From assembly GCA_938046095.1 (NCBI GenBank), contig CALIXS010000026.1, positions 21,030 through 85,029 on the forward strand: 64,000 nucleotides of DNA, read 5' to 3'. The first letter of the stretch is position 1. Each line of letters opens with the position of its first letter. Origin of the DNA: an uncultured Clostridia bacterium (GTDB lineage Bacteria; Bacillota; Clostridia; Peptostreptococcales; Anaerovoracaceae). The notes beneath the pieces were generated by a model. It saw only the letters and a list, made by a program, of their open reading frames with translations, made no database searches and had not been told where the DNA came from. Shown here one piece after another: positions 49,337-60,011 of the stretch. The translations under genes were made by a program, and so were the position numbers.

Positions 49337-50424
49337 TGAAGTTTTCATTAACTGATCACCTGTCAAAGCATCTTGAGGCAGCCTCATACAGGGCGGTCGA
49401 AGAGGAATGTGAAAGGCTCGAGCATATTGGCGGTAAAGGTGACGAGGAGCCTGTGCCGAAGAAAGCGGACGGAACACCGGATCGCGAGCACATGAATGAA
49501 AAGCAGCTTTTTATGCTTGCCGACCATGACCTCAGAGATTCCGAAAAGCTCGGCTATAAGGAATATTCATATTGGCGATCAACGCTGAATACATTTATGC
49601 ACCGCAGGGTCGCAATGTTCTTTCTGATAGTAATGTGCGCGCTGCTGCTGTTCACTTTCATTCAGCCGCTGCTCCCAAATCAGGCGGACCCGAACTCGAT
49701 TTTCTTTGACGGGAACGGAATGGCGAGGGCGAATCAGTCGCCCGACTCCGAATTCTGGTTCGGTACCAACAGCGCCGGACAGGATCTGTGGGCGAGGATA
49801 TGGACCGGAACGAGAACATCGCTGTTCATCGGCTTTGTAGTCGCAATCGTCGAAGCGATAGTCGGAATTACGATAGGTCTTCTTTGGGGCTACGTCAGAA
49901 AGCTCGACTTCTTCTTTACGGAGCTGTGGAATATTTTTGACAACGTTCCTCAAACGATCGTGCTCGTTTTGCTCGCATATATAATGAAGAGGAATATGTT
50001 CACTCTGATATTTGCCATGAGCATCACCGGCTGGCTTTCGATGGCCCTGTTTATAAGAAATCAGGTGCTCATGATAAGAGACCGCGACTATAATCTGGCT
50101 TCGAGGTGCCTGGGCACTCCCATACACAGAATAATAATGAGAAACCTACTGCCATATATAGTCTCGGTAATAATGCTGAGGATGGCGCTTACGATCCCCG
50201 GAGCTATAAGCAGTGAGGTGTTCGTAACTTATATAGGTCTCGGATTACCGCCGAGTTCGCCGTCACTGGGCAACCTTATAAACTCCGGACGTGCTTTGAT
50301 GATGAGCCCGAACCTGAGATATCAGCTCATATTTCCGACGATGGTGTTGTCACTCATCACGATATCGTTTTACGTAATCGGCAACGCGTTTTCAGACTCG
50401 GCCGACCCGAGAAATCACAGGTAA
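49336..50424 (+). CDS. Peptide ABC transporter permease (OppC-like)
   Basis: 362 aa. Long cytoplasmic N-terminal extension, then 6 TM. Confidence 0.88.
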   Translation: MKFSLTDHLSKHLEAASYRAVEEECERLEHIGGKGDEEPVPKKADGTPDREHMNEKQLFMLADHDLRDSEKLGYKEYSYWRSTLNTFMHRRVAMFFLIVMCALLLFTFIQPLLPNQADPNSIFFDGNGMARANQSPDSEFWFGTNSAGQDLWARIWTGTRTSLFIGFVVAIVEAIVGITIGLLWGYVRKLDFFFTELWNIFDNVPQTIVLVLLAYIMKRNMFTLIFAMSITGWLSMALFIRNQVLMIRDRDYNLASRCLGTPIHRIIMRNLLPYIVSVIMLRMALTIPGAISSEVFVTYIGLGLPPSSPSLGNLINSGRALMMSPNLRYQLIFPTMVLSLITISFYVIGNAFSDSADPRNHR

Positions 50425-50436
50425 AGGAGGTACGGC

Positions 50437-51504
50437 ATGGAAAATATGGATAAAGATACGATCATGTCAGTAGAAGACCTCCACGTCAAGTTCACTCTTC
50501 GCGGAGATACTCTGAACGTAATCAGGGGCATAAGCCTCGACATCAAAAAAGGCGAGAGCATAGCTATAGTCGGCGAGTCGGGATCGGGAAAGTCGGTGTT
50601 CACGAAGACTTTTCTCGGCATGCTCGATTCAAACGGATACATAGACGAGGGACACATCATGTTCCGCAGCGGCGGCAGGGACGGAAACGAGTCGATCGTC
50701 GATCTTACCACATATAAGACGGAGAAGGATTGGCTTACGATACGCGGCAGACAGATCGCTATGATCATGCAGGATCCTATGACAAGTCTCAATCCGCTCA
50801 AAACCATAGGTCACCAGATAGAAGAGACCGTTTTGCTCCATCATGACGTTTCGAAGGAGGAGGCACATGCCAGAGCTGTCAAGCTGTTGACGGACGTTGG
50901 GATCAACGAGCCCGAACGCCGATGCAAGCAGTATCCGCACGAATTCTCCGGCGGAATGCGGCAGAGGGTTGTAATCGCGATAGCCCTTGCGTGTGATCCG
51001 AGAATACTGATATGCGATGAGCCTACGACGGCGCTCGATGTAACGATACAGGCTCAGATACTGCAGCTCATAAGAGAGCTGCAGTCAAAGTTCGAGCTTA
51101 CGACTATATACATAACGCACGATTTGGGCGTTGTGGCGAACGTGGCCGACAGGATCGCCGTAATGTATGCGGGAGACATTATAGAGGTCGGCGAGTGCGA
51201 GGAGATTTTTTACTCCCCGAAGCATCCGTATACATGGGCTTTGCTGAGCTCGCTGCCGCAGCTCGGAATGAAGGGCGAGGATCTCTATTCGATAGCAGGC
51301 ACGCCTCCTAACCTCAGGCAGGAGATAAAGGGTGATGCATTCGCGCCCCGCAACCCGTATGCTTTGAACATAGACTTCGTCGAAAGGCCGCCTTTCTTTG
51401 AGGTGAGTCCGACGCACAAGGTCAGAACGTGGCTGTTGGATGAACGGGCACCGCACATAGAGCCGCCGGAATCCGTCAAACGGCTTGCAGAGAGGGGGCT
51501 TTGA
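50437..51504 (+). CDS. Peptide ABC transporter ATP-binding protein (OppD-like)
   Basis: [27 protein letters not shown]. 355 aa. Confidence 0.9.
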   Translation: MENMDKDTIMSVEDLHVKFTLRGDTLNVIRGISLDIKKGESIAIVGESGSGKSVFTKTFLGMLDSNGYIDEGHIMFRSGGRDGNESIVDLTTYKTEKDWLTIRGRQIAMIMQDPMTSLNPLKTIGHQIEETVLLHHDVSKEEAHARAVKLLTDVGINEPERRCKQYPHEFSGGMRQRVVIAIALACDPRILICDEPTTALDVTIQAQILQLIRELQSKFELTTIYITHDLGVVANVADRIAVMYAGDIIEVGECEEIFYSPKHPYTWALLSSLPQLGMKGEDLYSIAGTPPNLRQEIKGDAFAPRNPYALNIDFVERPPFFEVSPTHKVRTWLLDERAPHIEPPESVKRLAERGL

Positions 51505-51506
51505 TC

Positions 51507-52457
51507 ATGGCAGAGAATAATACTAAAGAAAAACATGTTCTGGTCGATGTAAGAGACCTGACAATTCAGTTCGGATCAAGGCGTCATCCGTTTACTGCCG
51601 TAGATAAGGCGAGCTTTCAGATATATAAGGGTGAGACGTTCGGCCTCGTGGGGGAGTCCGGGTCAGGTAAGACGACCATAGGCCGCGCCCTCATAAGGAT
51701 AAATCCGACCGCCGGCGGAGAGATAATATACGACGGCAGGAAGATTAACGGCAAAATTCCGAGCGAACTCGACAAAGAGGTTACCCGCAGGATCCAGATG
51801 ATATTTCAGGATCCTATGGCATCTCTCAATGAGAGAGCAAAGGTGGACTACATAGTCGCCGAGGGGCTTCTCAACCTGCCGAAAAAGATGAGCAGGGAGG
51901 AACGTCGTAAAACGGTATCCGAAGCGCTCGACTCGGTAGGACTTCTGCCGGAATTCGCAAGCCGCTTTCCGCACGAGTTTTCGGGCGGTCAACGCCAGCG
52001 CATAGGTATAGCGAGAGCGATGGTTATGCAGCCGGAGTTTATAATCGCCGACGAACCGATCTCCGCTCTCGACGTATCTATCAGAGCGCAGGTCCTTAAC
52101 CTCATGTCGAAGCTCCAGCGCGAACAGGGCCTCACATACCTGTTTATTTCGCACGACCTGTCGGTAATGAGATTTATATGTGACAGGATATGCGTAATAC
52201 ACAAGGGTGTGCTCGTCGAGCTTGCAGACACGGAGGAGCTCTTTGCTCACCCGACGCATCCGTACACGGAATCGCTCCTGTCCGCAATACCGATGCCGGA
52301 TCCGAGACGCGAAAAGAAAAAGGTACTCAAGGTTTATGACCCTAATCAGCACGATTACAGCACGGACAAGCCGTCGTGGAGAGAGATAAGGCCGAGCCAT
52401 TTCGTGTGGGCCAACGATTCGGAGTTCAAGAGGTATAAGCAAAAGCTTGACGGATGA
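51507..52457 (+). CDS. Peptide ABC transporter ATP-binding protein (OppF-like)
   Basis: [35 protein letters not shown] 51507 is preferred over the TTG at 51501 (GAGAGGGGG RBS). Confidence 0.9.
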   Translation: MAENNTKEKHVLVDVRDLTIQFGSRRHPFTAVDKASFQIYKGETFGLVGESGSGKTTIGRALIRINPTAGGEIIYDGRKINGKIPSELDKEVTRRIQMIFQDPMASLNERAKVDYIVAEGLLNLPKKMSREERRKTVSEALDSVGLLPEFASRFPHEFSGGQRQRIGIARAMVMQPEFIIADEPISALDVSIRAQVLNLMSKLQREQGLTYLFISHDLSVMRFICDRICVIHKGVLVELADTEELFAHPTHPYTESLLSAIPMPDPRREKKKVLKVYDPNQHDYSTDKPSWREIRPSHFVWANDSEFKRYKQKLDG

Positions 52458-52492
52458 AGCCGCAAGCCTTAGTCTGAATCTGTAATGCAATG

Positions 52493-52541
52493 CCGGCAGC
52501 TCCGTATAAGTGATATGCGGAAGGCCGCCGGTTTTTGTTTT
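52493..52541 (+). terminator. Intrinsic terminator after oppF
   Basis: CCGGCAGC...GCCGCCGG stem followed by TTTTTGTTTTT. Confidence 0.5.
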
Positions 52542-52546
52542 TCCCC

Positions 52547-52599
52547 GGCATAAAAAACCTCCCGGCCGATACTACTATATCATTATCGGTCGGGAGGTT
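52547..52599 (-). terminator. Intrinsic terminator (minus strand) after the TlpA-like gene
   Basis: 16-bp stem AACCTCCCGGCCGATA / TATCGGTCGGGAGGTT with one GU pair. The minus-strand 3' side is TTTTTTATG. Confidence 0.6.
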
Positions 52600-52660
52600 T
52601 ATACTGATTTCAGTTAAATCGATTCATTTAAATTTATTCAGATAACTTGATTCGGTTTAA

Positions 52661-53560
52661 TTATTTTTTACCTAATTCCTGAATCTGCGCTTCAATTTCT
52701 TCAATCTTTTTAAGATCATCATCGAGCGTACGTAATTCGTCCTCGGAGAAGGAATCTTTTGATTCTTCTATTTGAGATTTTAAAAATTCAACATAAGGCG
52801 TATTTTCGCTTTGCTGCACTTTATCTTTTTGAATCTTTGCAAACACCTTATCCCAAACCGCTCTGTGCTCGGAAAATATCATGTTCTCCTCTGCCAAAAG
52901 TTCTGACGTTTTATCATCCCCGGAATTATGAGGGGTTGCGGAAGATGAAATGTCTTTTCCTGCCTTCAAGTCATCGACCATTTTAAGAATCTGATTCATT
53001 TTTTCTTCATCTTCAATGCTTCCAACAATAGGCTGGCCAACGATGTTGCCATGCTTATCAACTAGAATGGTCGTCGGAAAAGTAAAGATTTTTGCTATAT
53101 AACTTCTTGCATCCTGATTATCATCAATAACGATGTTTCTGTATGTTACGCCCTGCTTTGAAAGAATTTCTTTTGCTCCGTTAAACTCCTCCTGATTTTC
53201 TCCGGCCTGAACGTTTACGCCGATAAGCTCAGCTCCCTTTTCACGAAGCTTGGCATTGAACTTTTCGAGTGCGGGCATCTCATTCACACATGCAGAGCAG
53301 CCGTTAAACCAGAAAGTAAGAAGTGTTGCCTCATTTTTACTGAACAGAGAGTCGTCAACATCATTTCCGTCGAAATCCTTTCCTTTGAATTTAGGAAAAG
53401 CCTCGGTTTGAGTCGTTTCAGCCTGATCCGCAGGAATCGATTGAGATTGAGATTGAGACTGAGATTTAGAGTTGGAGTTGTCTGTACTGCCACAGGCAGC
53501 TGCTGAAACTATCATCACCGCCGCCGCCATTACAAGAATGATTTTTTTTATTGCTTTCAT
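52661..53560 (-). CDS. TlpA-like thiol-disulfide oxidoreductase lipoprotein (thioredoxin fold, CxxC) with a C-terminal coiled-coil extension
   Basis: Start at MKAIKKIIL (AAAGGAAGGG RBS). Lipobox VSAAAC. SQSQSQSQS linker. WFNGCSACVNEMP active site. An acidic coiled-coil tail of ~120 aa follows. Confidence 0.8.
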   Translation of the reverse strand: MKAIKKIILVMAAAVMIVSAAACGSTDNSNSKSQSQSQSQSIPADQAETTQTEAFPKFKGKDFDGNDVDDSLFSKNEATLLTFWFNGCSACVNEMPALEKFNAKLREKGAELIGVNVQAGENQEEFNGAKEILSKQGVTYRNIVIDDNQDARSYIAKIFTFPTTILVDKHGNIVGQPIVGSIEDEEKMNQILKMVDDLKAGKDISSSATPHNSGDDKTSELLAEENMIFSEHRAVWDKVFAKIQKDKVQQSENTPYVEFLKSQIEESKDSFSEDELRTLDDDLKKIEEIEAQIQELGKK

Positions 53561-53695
53561 TTTTTTTCCCTTCCTTTTCGATTTGTTTTTCATGACTGCT
53601 TAAGGATAACAAAGCCGGTATAAAGTTTCTGTTAAGAAAAAAGTGCCGCGTACGTTCTCTTGACTTGAGGTATGTGAAAGAATATTATTAGACTC

Positions 53696-54211
53696 ATGAG
53701 AGACATTATTATATTTATAGTATTTGCGGTGATCGAGATCCTGACGGTTTACTGCTTCGTAGACACCCTCAGGGTGGTTCTGATGCACCGCGAGGGACGC
53801 GGAGTGCGCGGCAGCGGAAGGATATTGAAACTCCGTCGTGTTATGCGAAGGAGCGGCAGACCGCATTCAATCCCTCTTCCTCATGGTAAAACCGATAGGC
53901 TCACGCGGTCGCGCGAGGTAAAATGCGATTACATGGTCGATCTCGAGTATACGAGAGAGGACGGCGAAAGGGTGGTGCTCCGGGATTTTGTTATTCCGTC
54001 AAAGCTTAAGGAAATCGCGGGAGGCACGGAGCTCATGTACTGCGAGGGTGACGATATCCCCATAAAATACAGTCCAAAGTACAGGAAGCTCGTCGTTGTC
54101 GATGCTCCGGATGTACGCGGCAGAGAAGGCGGCACATTCATGCTGTATATATGGGGGCTCGCCGTAATATTTATAGCCGTGTTTATCATGACACTGATAG
54201 CATCACTGTAA
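53696..54211 (+). CDS. Hypothetical membrane protein (N- and C-terminal TM helices flanking a soluble beta-rich domain; DUF3592-like topology)
   Basis: MRDIIIFIVFAVIEILTVYCFV at the N-terminus and FMLYIWGLAVIFIAVFIMTLIASL at the C-terminus. Confidence 0.45.
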   Translation: MRDIIIFIVFAVIEILTVYCFVDTLRVVLMHREGRGVRGSGRILKLRRVMRRSGRPHSIPLPHGKTDRLTRSREVKCDYMVDLEYTREDGERVVLRDFVIPSKLKEIAGGTELMYCEGDDIPIKYSPKYRKLVVVDAPDVRGREGGTFMLYIWGLAVIFIAVFIMTLIASL

Positions 54212-54377
54212 AGTGAATTCGACGGCGCGACCGAAATTACTGCGACACGAGACAAAAAGAAGAGGTGTCGCATGCGACAGAGCCGAAAATAAAATACTGT
54301 CGCAGCGAATTCCTCTCTTTGATTTTAATAATTTTTGCTTTATGCGAGCGGTTAACGAAGCGATAACGGTGTGCCGT

Positions 54378-55358
54378 TTACGATGCGGCACCTGTCTTTT
54401 TTCTGCGCTTTCCTCTTGTCACGGCGCAGAGCACAATGACGAGGATTGCTGCGCCCGCCAGGCAGCCTGTTAAGGCCGCCTTTTTATATGTGATGCCGTA
54501 TTTTGGGATAAGCCAGCCTTGATTTGCATATTTGCGAGCATAGTTTATGAGCGTATGCTCGTCGGTGAGCGAGTCGGGTTCGCCGCTTTTCATGACTGTA
54601 CCGAGAAATGTGAATTCACCTTGTTTGAACATGAAGACCGCTGTAGAGTCAATGTCCCACGAGCCGGTTTTCATGCAGATGACGTGTGCGGCGGACTCAT
54701 ATATGAGATCGCATATATTGTGGAACGTGCGAGCCTCGTGTTTGTTCGTTGCCGCGGCCTTGTATGTTTTAGTGCCGGCTATGGTACGCACCGTTTCGTT
54801 TTCAAAGGCCGTCTGTGCGATTATAAACAGGTCGCGGGCTGTCGTGTAGTGGTGGCCGTCGCGGATACCGCTCGGGTTTGTAAAGTTCGTATTATTACAG
54901 CCCATTTTCTTTGCCGTTTCGGTCATCAGCTCTCCGAATGCTTTCTCATCGCCGCTTATATATTCTCCGAGGGCTGTAGCCGAGTCGTTCCCGGAAAGCA
55001 TCATAGTCCCGTACATGAGATCCCGAACGGTTACCTCTTCACCGCGGATGAGACCCATTACACTGTAATCTCTGACTCTTGAGATATTTTCCACGTGTAC
55101 GGATATAGTGACGACCTCGTCGGGATCAAGCATTGTAGCGGCGAGGTAGACAGTCATTATTTTTGTCGTCGAATAAGGAAATGCCTGCTCGTCGATATTT
55201 TTTTCGCAGATGTAATCGTCAGTATCAAAGCAATACAGCAACGCCGAATCTGAAATGATATCGGGTTCGTCAAGTGCAAAACATTCCGGAACGTGTGGCG
55301 CTGACAAAATAAACAAAACGGACAGGATGATCAGGAATATGGATATTTTCTTTTTCAT
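54378..55358 (-). CDS. Serine-type D-Ala-D-Ala carboxypeptidase (peptidase S11, PBP5-like) with C-terminal membrane anchor
   Basis: Signal peptide. SxxK (PYSTTKIMT), SGN (MLSGNDSA) and KTG-like motifs. C-terminal TM plus basic tail. Confidence 0.85.
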   Translation of the reverse strand: MKKKISIFLIILSVLFILSAPHVPECFALDEPDIISDSALLYCFDTDDYICEKNIDEQAFPYSTTKIMTVYLAATMLDPDEVVTISVHVENISRVRDYSVMGLIRGEEVTVRDLMYGTMMLSGNDSATALGEYISGDEKAFGELMTETAKKMGCNNTNFTNPSGIRDGHHYTTARDLFIIAQTAFENETVRTIAGTKTYKAAATNKHEARTFHNICDLIYESAAHVICMKTGSWDIDSTAVFMFKQGEFTFLGTVMKSGEPDSLTDEHTLINYARKYANQGWLIPKYGITYKKAALTGCLAGAAILVIVLCAVTRGKRRKKTGAAS

Positions 55359-55431
55359 AACATAGGTACCTTTGAAAAGAGCTGCCGGCCAGGGCAGCCC
55401 TTTTAAATTTTGTCTTAATTACTTTTGCCGT

Positions 55432-57012
55432 TTATGCCCAGCCTACATCGTTCCAGTCGAGCGAGCCGTCGGAATTGATTTTGACACCCGAGAGACCTGA
55501 GCTGTAAGCGAGATGACCTATTTCTGAGTAGAACGGGAGAATGTCGATGTTCTCGAACATCTTCATCTGGATGTCGCCGATCTTCTTTGTCCTCTCGTCG
55601 GAATCGACAGTAGCGGCGATATCCTTGACCTCGGCATAGTACGCATCCGTTGCCGTAGGAGCATTCTTGTCGTAGTAGCAGGTGTTCAGGATCAGTATAG
55701 GCTCCGCCCATGCGAGACTCTCTCTTGCAAAGTCGTAATCATCGCTCTTTACCTGCTCGTGAACGTAGTTCCAGTCTATGGAGTTGAGGTTGATCTGGAT
55801 GCCGTAATTCTGGAACTGGCCCTGAAGTCCCTCAGCAAGAACAGATGAAAGGGAGGAGGATGATGCATAGAAATTGAAAGTGAGAACCTGGCCGTCTTTC
55901 TGATAGAAGCCGTCGGAACCCTTTGTGTAGCCGGCCGCTTCGATCAGCTTTATGCCTTCGTCGTGGTTATTGGCGAGGTTTTTCTGGAACCAATCCTTTG
56001 CGTCTTTGTTGAAATTCTGCATCGTGTCGAAGATCATCGAATACGCGGGAATCGCGGCACCGTCCGTAAGGTCGCAGAGAGCTTCTCTGTCGAGCAGAAG
56101 GGCGAAGGCCTTGCGCAGGTTCTTGTCCTGGAAAGGGCCTGCTGTTGTATTGACTTCGATGAAGTCGATTTCCGGATATGAACTTTCGGCGATGGTCACG
56201 CTGTCGAGACCTTCGAGCTGTGATCTGTCGTCATTGCTGACGGAGAAGAGGAAGTCGACGTCGCCGTTCTTGAGCGATTCGAGCGCCGTGTAGCCCTCGA
56301 CGTTAAAGGTAGCGTCTACAGATGCAAACTTTGATGCGCCCTTGTTTTTTGCAAGCGGATTGTGCGTTATGTATTTGTCATTTCTGAGGAGCTTAACCTC
56401 GGAGCCGGATACATACTCGTCAAGGTAGAACATTCCGTAAGGGTGCGCGCCCCACATGAGCTGATCGTCCGTCATGGTGTCGAGCTCACCCTTATCTATG
56501 ATGCACATGAAGTCGGATGTGAAATTATACAGCATGTCTGATCTGTAGTTTGAAAGATGCAAGGTGACCTGTCTGCCGTCGATGTCGATGGACTTGATGT
56601 TGTCATATCCGTCGGCATAAGGACTGACTTTCTGCCCGTGTTCGATGGATGCCTTTACATCCTCCGGCTCAACCTGTTCGCCTGTGGAATAATACATCCC
56701 ATCGGGAACGTTAAAGGTGATGGTGAGACCGTCCTCGCTGACAGTCCAGTCGGTACATGTGCCGTCAACGATTTCGTTTTTATCGGTGTCCCACTCGAAA
56801 AGCGACTCGCTGACGAGCTGCTGCAGATTCGACGAGGAGTCCAATTGGTAGACGTCAATGCCGTACCACTCCGCGTCAACGACCTTCAGGTCTTCGCGTT
56901 CTCCGCCGCCCGGCGTACCTCCGCCGTCTGATGTCTTTCCGCATGAGGAAAGACTGAACATACCGATGAGCATTACGCCGATCAGCGCTGTCGTAAGCAA
57001 TTTCTTTTTCAT
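55432..57012 (-). CDS. ABC transporter substrate-binding lipoprotein (SBP family 5, peptide/nickel type)
   Basis: Lipobox SLSSCGKT. 526 aa. Last gene of a minus-strand peptide ABC operon. Confidence 0.88.
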   Translation of the reverse strand: MKKKLLTTALIGVMLIGMFSLSSCGKTSDGGGTPGGGEREDLKVVDAEWYGIDVYQLDSSSNLQQLVSESLFEWDTDKNEIVDGTCTDWTVSEDGLTITFNVPDGMYYSTGEQVEPEDVKASIEHGQKVSPYADGYDNIKSIDIDGRQVTLHLSNYRSDMLYNFTSDFMCIIDKGELDTMTDDQLMWGAHPYGMFYLDEYVSGSEVKLLRNDKYITHNPLAKNKGASKFASVDATFNVEGYTALESLKNGDVDFLFSVSNDDRSQLEGLDSVTIAESSYPEIDFIEVNTTAGPFQDKNLRKAFALLLDREALCDLTDGAAIPAYSMIFDTMQNFNKDAKDWFQKNLANNHDEGIKLIEAAGYTKGSDGFYQKDGQVLTFNFYASSSSLSSVLAEGLQGQFQNYGIQINLNSIDWNYVHEQVKSDDYDFARESLAWAEPILILNTCYYDKNAPTATDAYYAEVKDIAATVDSDERTKKIGDIQMKMFENIDILPFYSEIGHLAYSSGLSGVKINSDGSLDWNDVGWA

Positions 57013-57205
57013 AATAAACCTCCGTATCGCATTTAACTGATAACAGCGATCAAAATATCTTTACCGCTTTTGTATTGAAGCGGAACAGATAACAAAGCAG
57101 AGCTGAGGAGTATCGCAGAAGGCGGACAGTGTAAAGGCGGCAGGGATTATCCGCCCGCGACCCGTATGCCGTGTGCCGTATATCGTACGTCATGTGTCAT
57201 TTATA

Positions 57206-58180
57206 CTATCCCTCTATCGGGTGGAGGCACGACACCTGATGCTGATCCGTAACCATTGTGATTTCGGGCTCCGTTTTGCGGCATTCTTCCGTGACATACG
57301 GGCAGCGTTCGCAGAAGCGGCAGCCCGGTCCTAATTTTATAAGACTGCCCGGATCGCCCTTGAGCAGCTCCTTCTCGTCGCGCCTTTCGGCGGGATCAAG
57401 GATCGGTGCCGATTCCATGAGGCTCTTGGTATACGGATGCTTCGGATGATCCGCGATGTCCGCGGTGGGGCCGAACTCGACGAGCTTGCCGAGATACATG
57501 ACGGCTATCCTGTCGCTGATGTATTTGATTACGTTCAGATCGTGTGTAATGACCAGGTATGTGAGCTTCAGATCCTCCTGAAGGTCGAGTAGCAGGTTGA
57601 GTATCTGCGCCTGAACGGAAACATCGAGTGCACTCGTCGGTTCGTCCAGAATCATTATCTTCGGGTCGAGCGCCAAAGCGCGCGCTATGGCGATTCTCTG
57701 GAGCTGCCCTCCCGAAAGCTGGTGAGGATAGCTGTCAAGGTATCTTTGGTCCATCTTGACCATGTCGAGGACGGACTTGGCTTTCTCCTTTGCTTCGGAG
57801 ACAGGGATACCGTGAAGTATCATGGGCCTCATTATAGAGCTTTCGACCGTTTGTCTCGGGTTGAGATTGGAGGCGGGATCCTGAAATACGACAGCCACCT
57901 CGCGGTGAAGCTTTTTCATATTATCTCTGCTCGTCTCGGAAATGTCTATTCCGTCGATGACGACATCACCGCCGGTGCGTGCCGTAAGAGAAAGTATTAC
58001 CCTTGCCAGTGTGGTCTTGCCGCTGCCGGACTCTCCGACGAGGCCGACGATTTCTCCCTCGTTTATCGTCAGGGTAATATCATCTACCGCTTTGACGTAC
58101 GTTTTCTGCTTTTTGATTATGCCCTTGTCTATCTCAAAATATTTTTTGAGACCTCGCAGCTCTATCATTGGTTCGGACAT
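57206..58180 (-). CDS. Peptide ABC transporter ATP-binding protein (OppF/DppF-like)
   Basis: [32 protein letters not shown]. Confidence 0.9.
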   Translation of the reverse strand: MSEPMIELRGLKKYFEIDKGIIKKQKTYVKAVDDITLTINEGEIVGLVGESGSGKTTLARVILSLTARTGGDVVIDGIDISETSRDNMKKLHREVAVVFQDPASNLNPRQTVESSIMRPMILHGIPVSEAKEKAKSVLDMVKMDQRYLDSYPHQLSGGQLQRIAIARALALDPKIMILDEPTSALDVSVQAQILNLLLDLQEDLKLTYLVITHDLNVIKYISDRIAVMYLGKLVEFGPTADIADHPKHPYTKSLMESAPILDPAERRDEKELLKGDPGSLIKLGPGCRFCERCPYVTEECRKTEPEITMVTDQHQVSCLHPIEG

Positions 58181-58183
58181 GCT

Positions 58184-59155
58184 CTACACCTCCTTCCCGA
58201 CGAGGAAACATCTGCACACATGGCCGTTGCCGAGATCCGTGAATGCAGGCGACTCGCTCGTGCAGCGCTTCGACGCATACGGGCATCTGTTGGCAAAACG
58301 ACATTCCGGCTTTTTCTCCGTGATGCGCGGAACGGTGCCGTCGATCGTCTGGAGTCTGCCCTGCTTCTTTGTCTGACGGGGGAGCGCCTTCATCAGGAGC
58401 TTGGTGTAGGGATGCTTCGGATTTTTGAATATCTCGTACACGTCGCCCGTCTCTATCATCTCGCCTGCGTACATTACGCCGATCCTGTCGGCTACTTCAG
58501 CTACGAGACCGAAGTTGTGCGTTATCAGCATTATAGCTGTGTTGTATTCGTCTCTCAGCCGCCTGAGGATCTCAAGAATCTGAGCTTCTATTGTCACATC
58601 GAGTGCTGTCGTAGGCTCGTCCGCTATGAGAAGCTCCGGGTTTCTCGAAAGCATCATTGCGATCATGACGCGCTGTCTCATGCCGCCGGAAAGCTCATGA
58701 GGAAAGCTTTCCGCACGCTCCGCGGCATCGGGCATTTTGACGTCTCTGAACAAATCTATTACCCTGTTCCACGCCGTCAGCTTGTCGACATTGTCAAGCA
58801 TGATGGCTTCCTGTACCTGCGAGCCGACTCTGAATACAGGGTTGAGCGAATCGAGCGGGTTCTGAAATATCATGCCGATTTCCCTGCCGCGTATCTCTTC
58901 CATGCGTTTGTCGCCGGCCTGAGTAAGATCCTCTCCCTTGAAGCTGATCTTTCCCGTAACGGCAGCGTTGCCACCAGGGAGAAGCCTCAGGATACTGTGC
59001 GCGACAGTGGATTTTCCGCAGCCGGACTCGCCGACAACGGCGAAGATCTCGCCCTTGCAGATGGTCATGTCTACTTTGTTGACGGCGGAAAGACTTCCGC
59101 CTTTGACTCTGTAATCTATGGATAACTGATCAAGTCTAAGTAATTCTTCACTCAT
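58184..59155 (-). CDS. Peptide ABC transporter ATP-binding protein (OppD/DppD-like)
   Basis: [32 protein letters not shown]. Confidence 0.9.
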   Translation of the reverse strand: MSEELLRLDQLSIDYRVKGGSLSAVNKVDMTICKGEIFAVVGESGCGKSTVAHSILRLLPGGNAAVTGKISFKGEDLTQAGDKRMEEIRGREIGMIFQNPLDSLNPVFRVGSQVQEAIMLDNVDKLTAWNRVIDLFRDVKMPDAAERAESFPHELSGGMRQRVMIAMMLSRNPELLIADEPTTALDVTIEAQILEILRRLRDEYNTAIMLITHNFGLVAEVADRIGVMYAGEMIETGDVYEIFKNPKHPYTKLLMKALPRQTKKQGRLQTIDGTVPRITEKKPECRFANRCPYASKRCTSESPAFTDLGNGHVCRCFLVGKEV

Positions 59156-59165
59156 GGCCTGCCTC

Positions 59166-60011
59166 CTACTGCGACTTCATGTGAGGGTCGAGTATGTCGC
59201 GAAGCCCCTCGCCGAGAAGATTGAATCCGAGCGTCGTATATACGAGCGCAACGCCCGGGAATATGCTGAGCCACGGCGCCCTGCTTATATATTGCATGCC
59301 TTTGGAGAGGGCAAGTCCCCAATCGGGAGACGGAGCCTGTGAACCAAGTCCGAGAAACGACAGCGTCGTAGTTGACATTATAGTTCCGGGGAGGTTCATT
59401 GATACCATTACGATAAGAGACGGTACGACGTTAGGCAGTATGTATCTGAACATCAGCGAGGCCGAGCTTTCGCCGAACGCCTTACCCGTTTCGACAAACG
59501 CCATGGATCTCAGGGACAAGGTCTTTGCCCGTACAGGTCTCGCGTAGCTCGCCCATGCTACGAGCGAAATGGCGATTATGGTGTTTGTAAGTCCTTTGCC
59601 GAGTATAGTTACGACGGCGAGAGCCAGGATGGTTCCCGGTATGCACCACGTAAGATCCGTAAGGAAAGAGAAGACCCTGTCAACCCATTTCCCGAAAAAT
59701 CCGCAGACGAGCCCGACGGTCACGCCGAGCACGAGTTGCAGCGAGGCTCCGAGGAACGCTACCCAAAGCGCGATCCTCGTGCCGTAGACTGTCCTGGAAA
59801 ATACGTCGCGTCCGAGCTCATCAGTACCGAAAATGAAGCTTCCACTCGGAGCCGCCATCCTGCCGCCGACGTTCTGCTTCGCATAATCGTAAGGGGCGAT
59901 ATATGGAGCGAGAATGGCTATAATTATGACGCTGATGATTATAAGGAGACCTATCATGAAGTTTTTATTCTTCAGACAGTCGTGAAGTGTATCCTTTGTT
60001 CTCGTACTCAT
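59166..60011 (-). CDS. Peptide ABC transporter permease (OppC/DppC-like)
   Basis: 281 aa, 6 TM, EAA region. Confidence 0.88.
   Translation of the reverse strand: MSTRTKDTLHDCLKNKNFMIGLLIIISVIIIAILAPYIAPYDYAKQNVGGRMAAPSGSFIFGTDELGRDVFSRTVYGTRIALWVAFLGASLQLVLGVTVGLVCGFFGKWVDRVFSFLTDLTWCIPGTILALAVVTILGKGLTNTIIAISLVAWASYARPVRAKTLSLRSMAFVETGKAFGESSASLMFRYILPNVVPSLIVMVSMNLPGTIMSTTTLSFLGLGSQAPSPDWGLALSKGMQYISRAPWLSIFPGVALVYTTLGFNLLGEGLRDILDPHMKSQ

Noticed and set aside
53436-53476. Short tandem repeats considered as a CRISPR array
   Set aside because: Only a 6-nt unit x4 inside a coding region. There are no spacers and no cas genes in the window.
57722-59125. 467-aa plus-strand ORF across the two minus-strand ABC ATPase genes
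   Set aside because: It is antisense to two genes with intact Walker/signature motifs. Long GC-rich shadow frames like this are expected.
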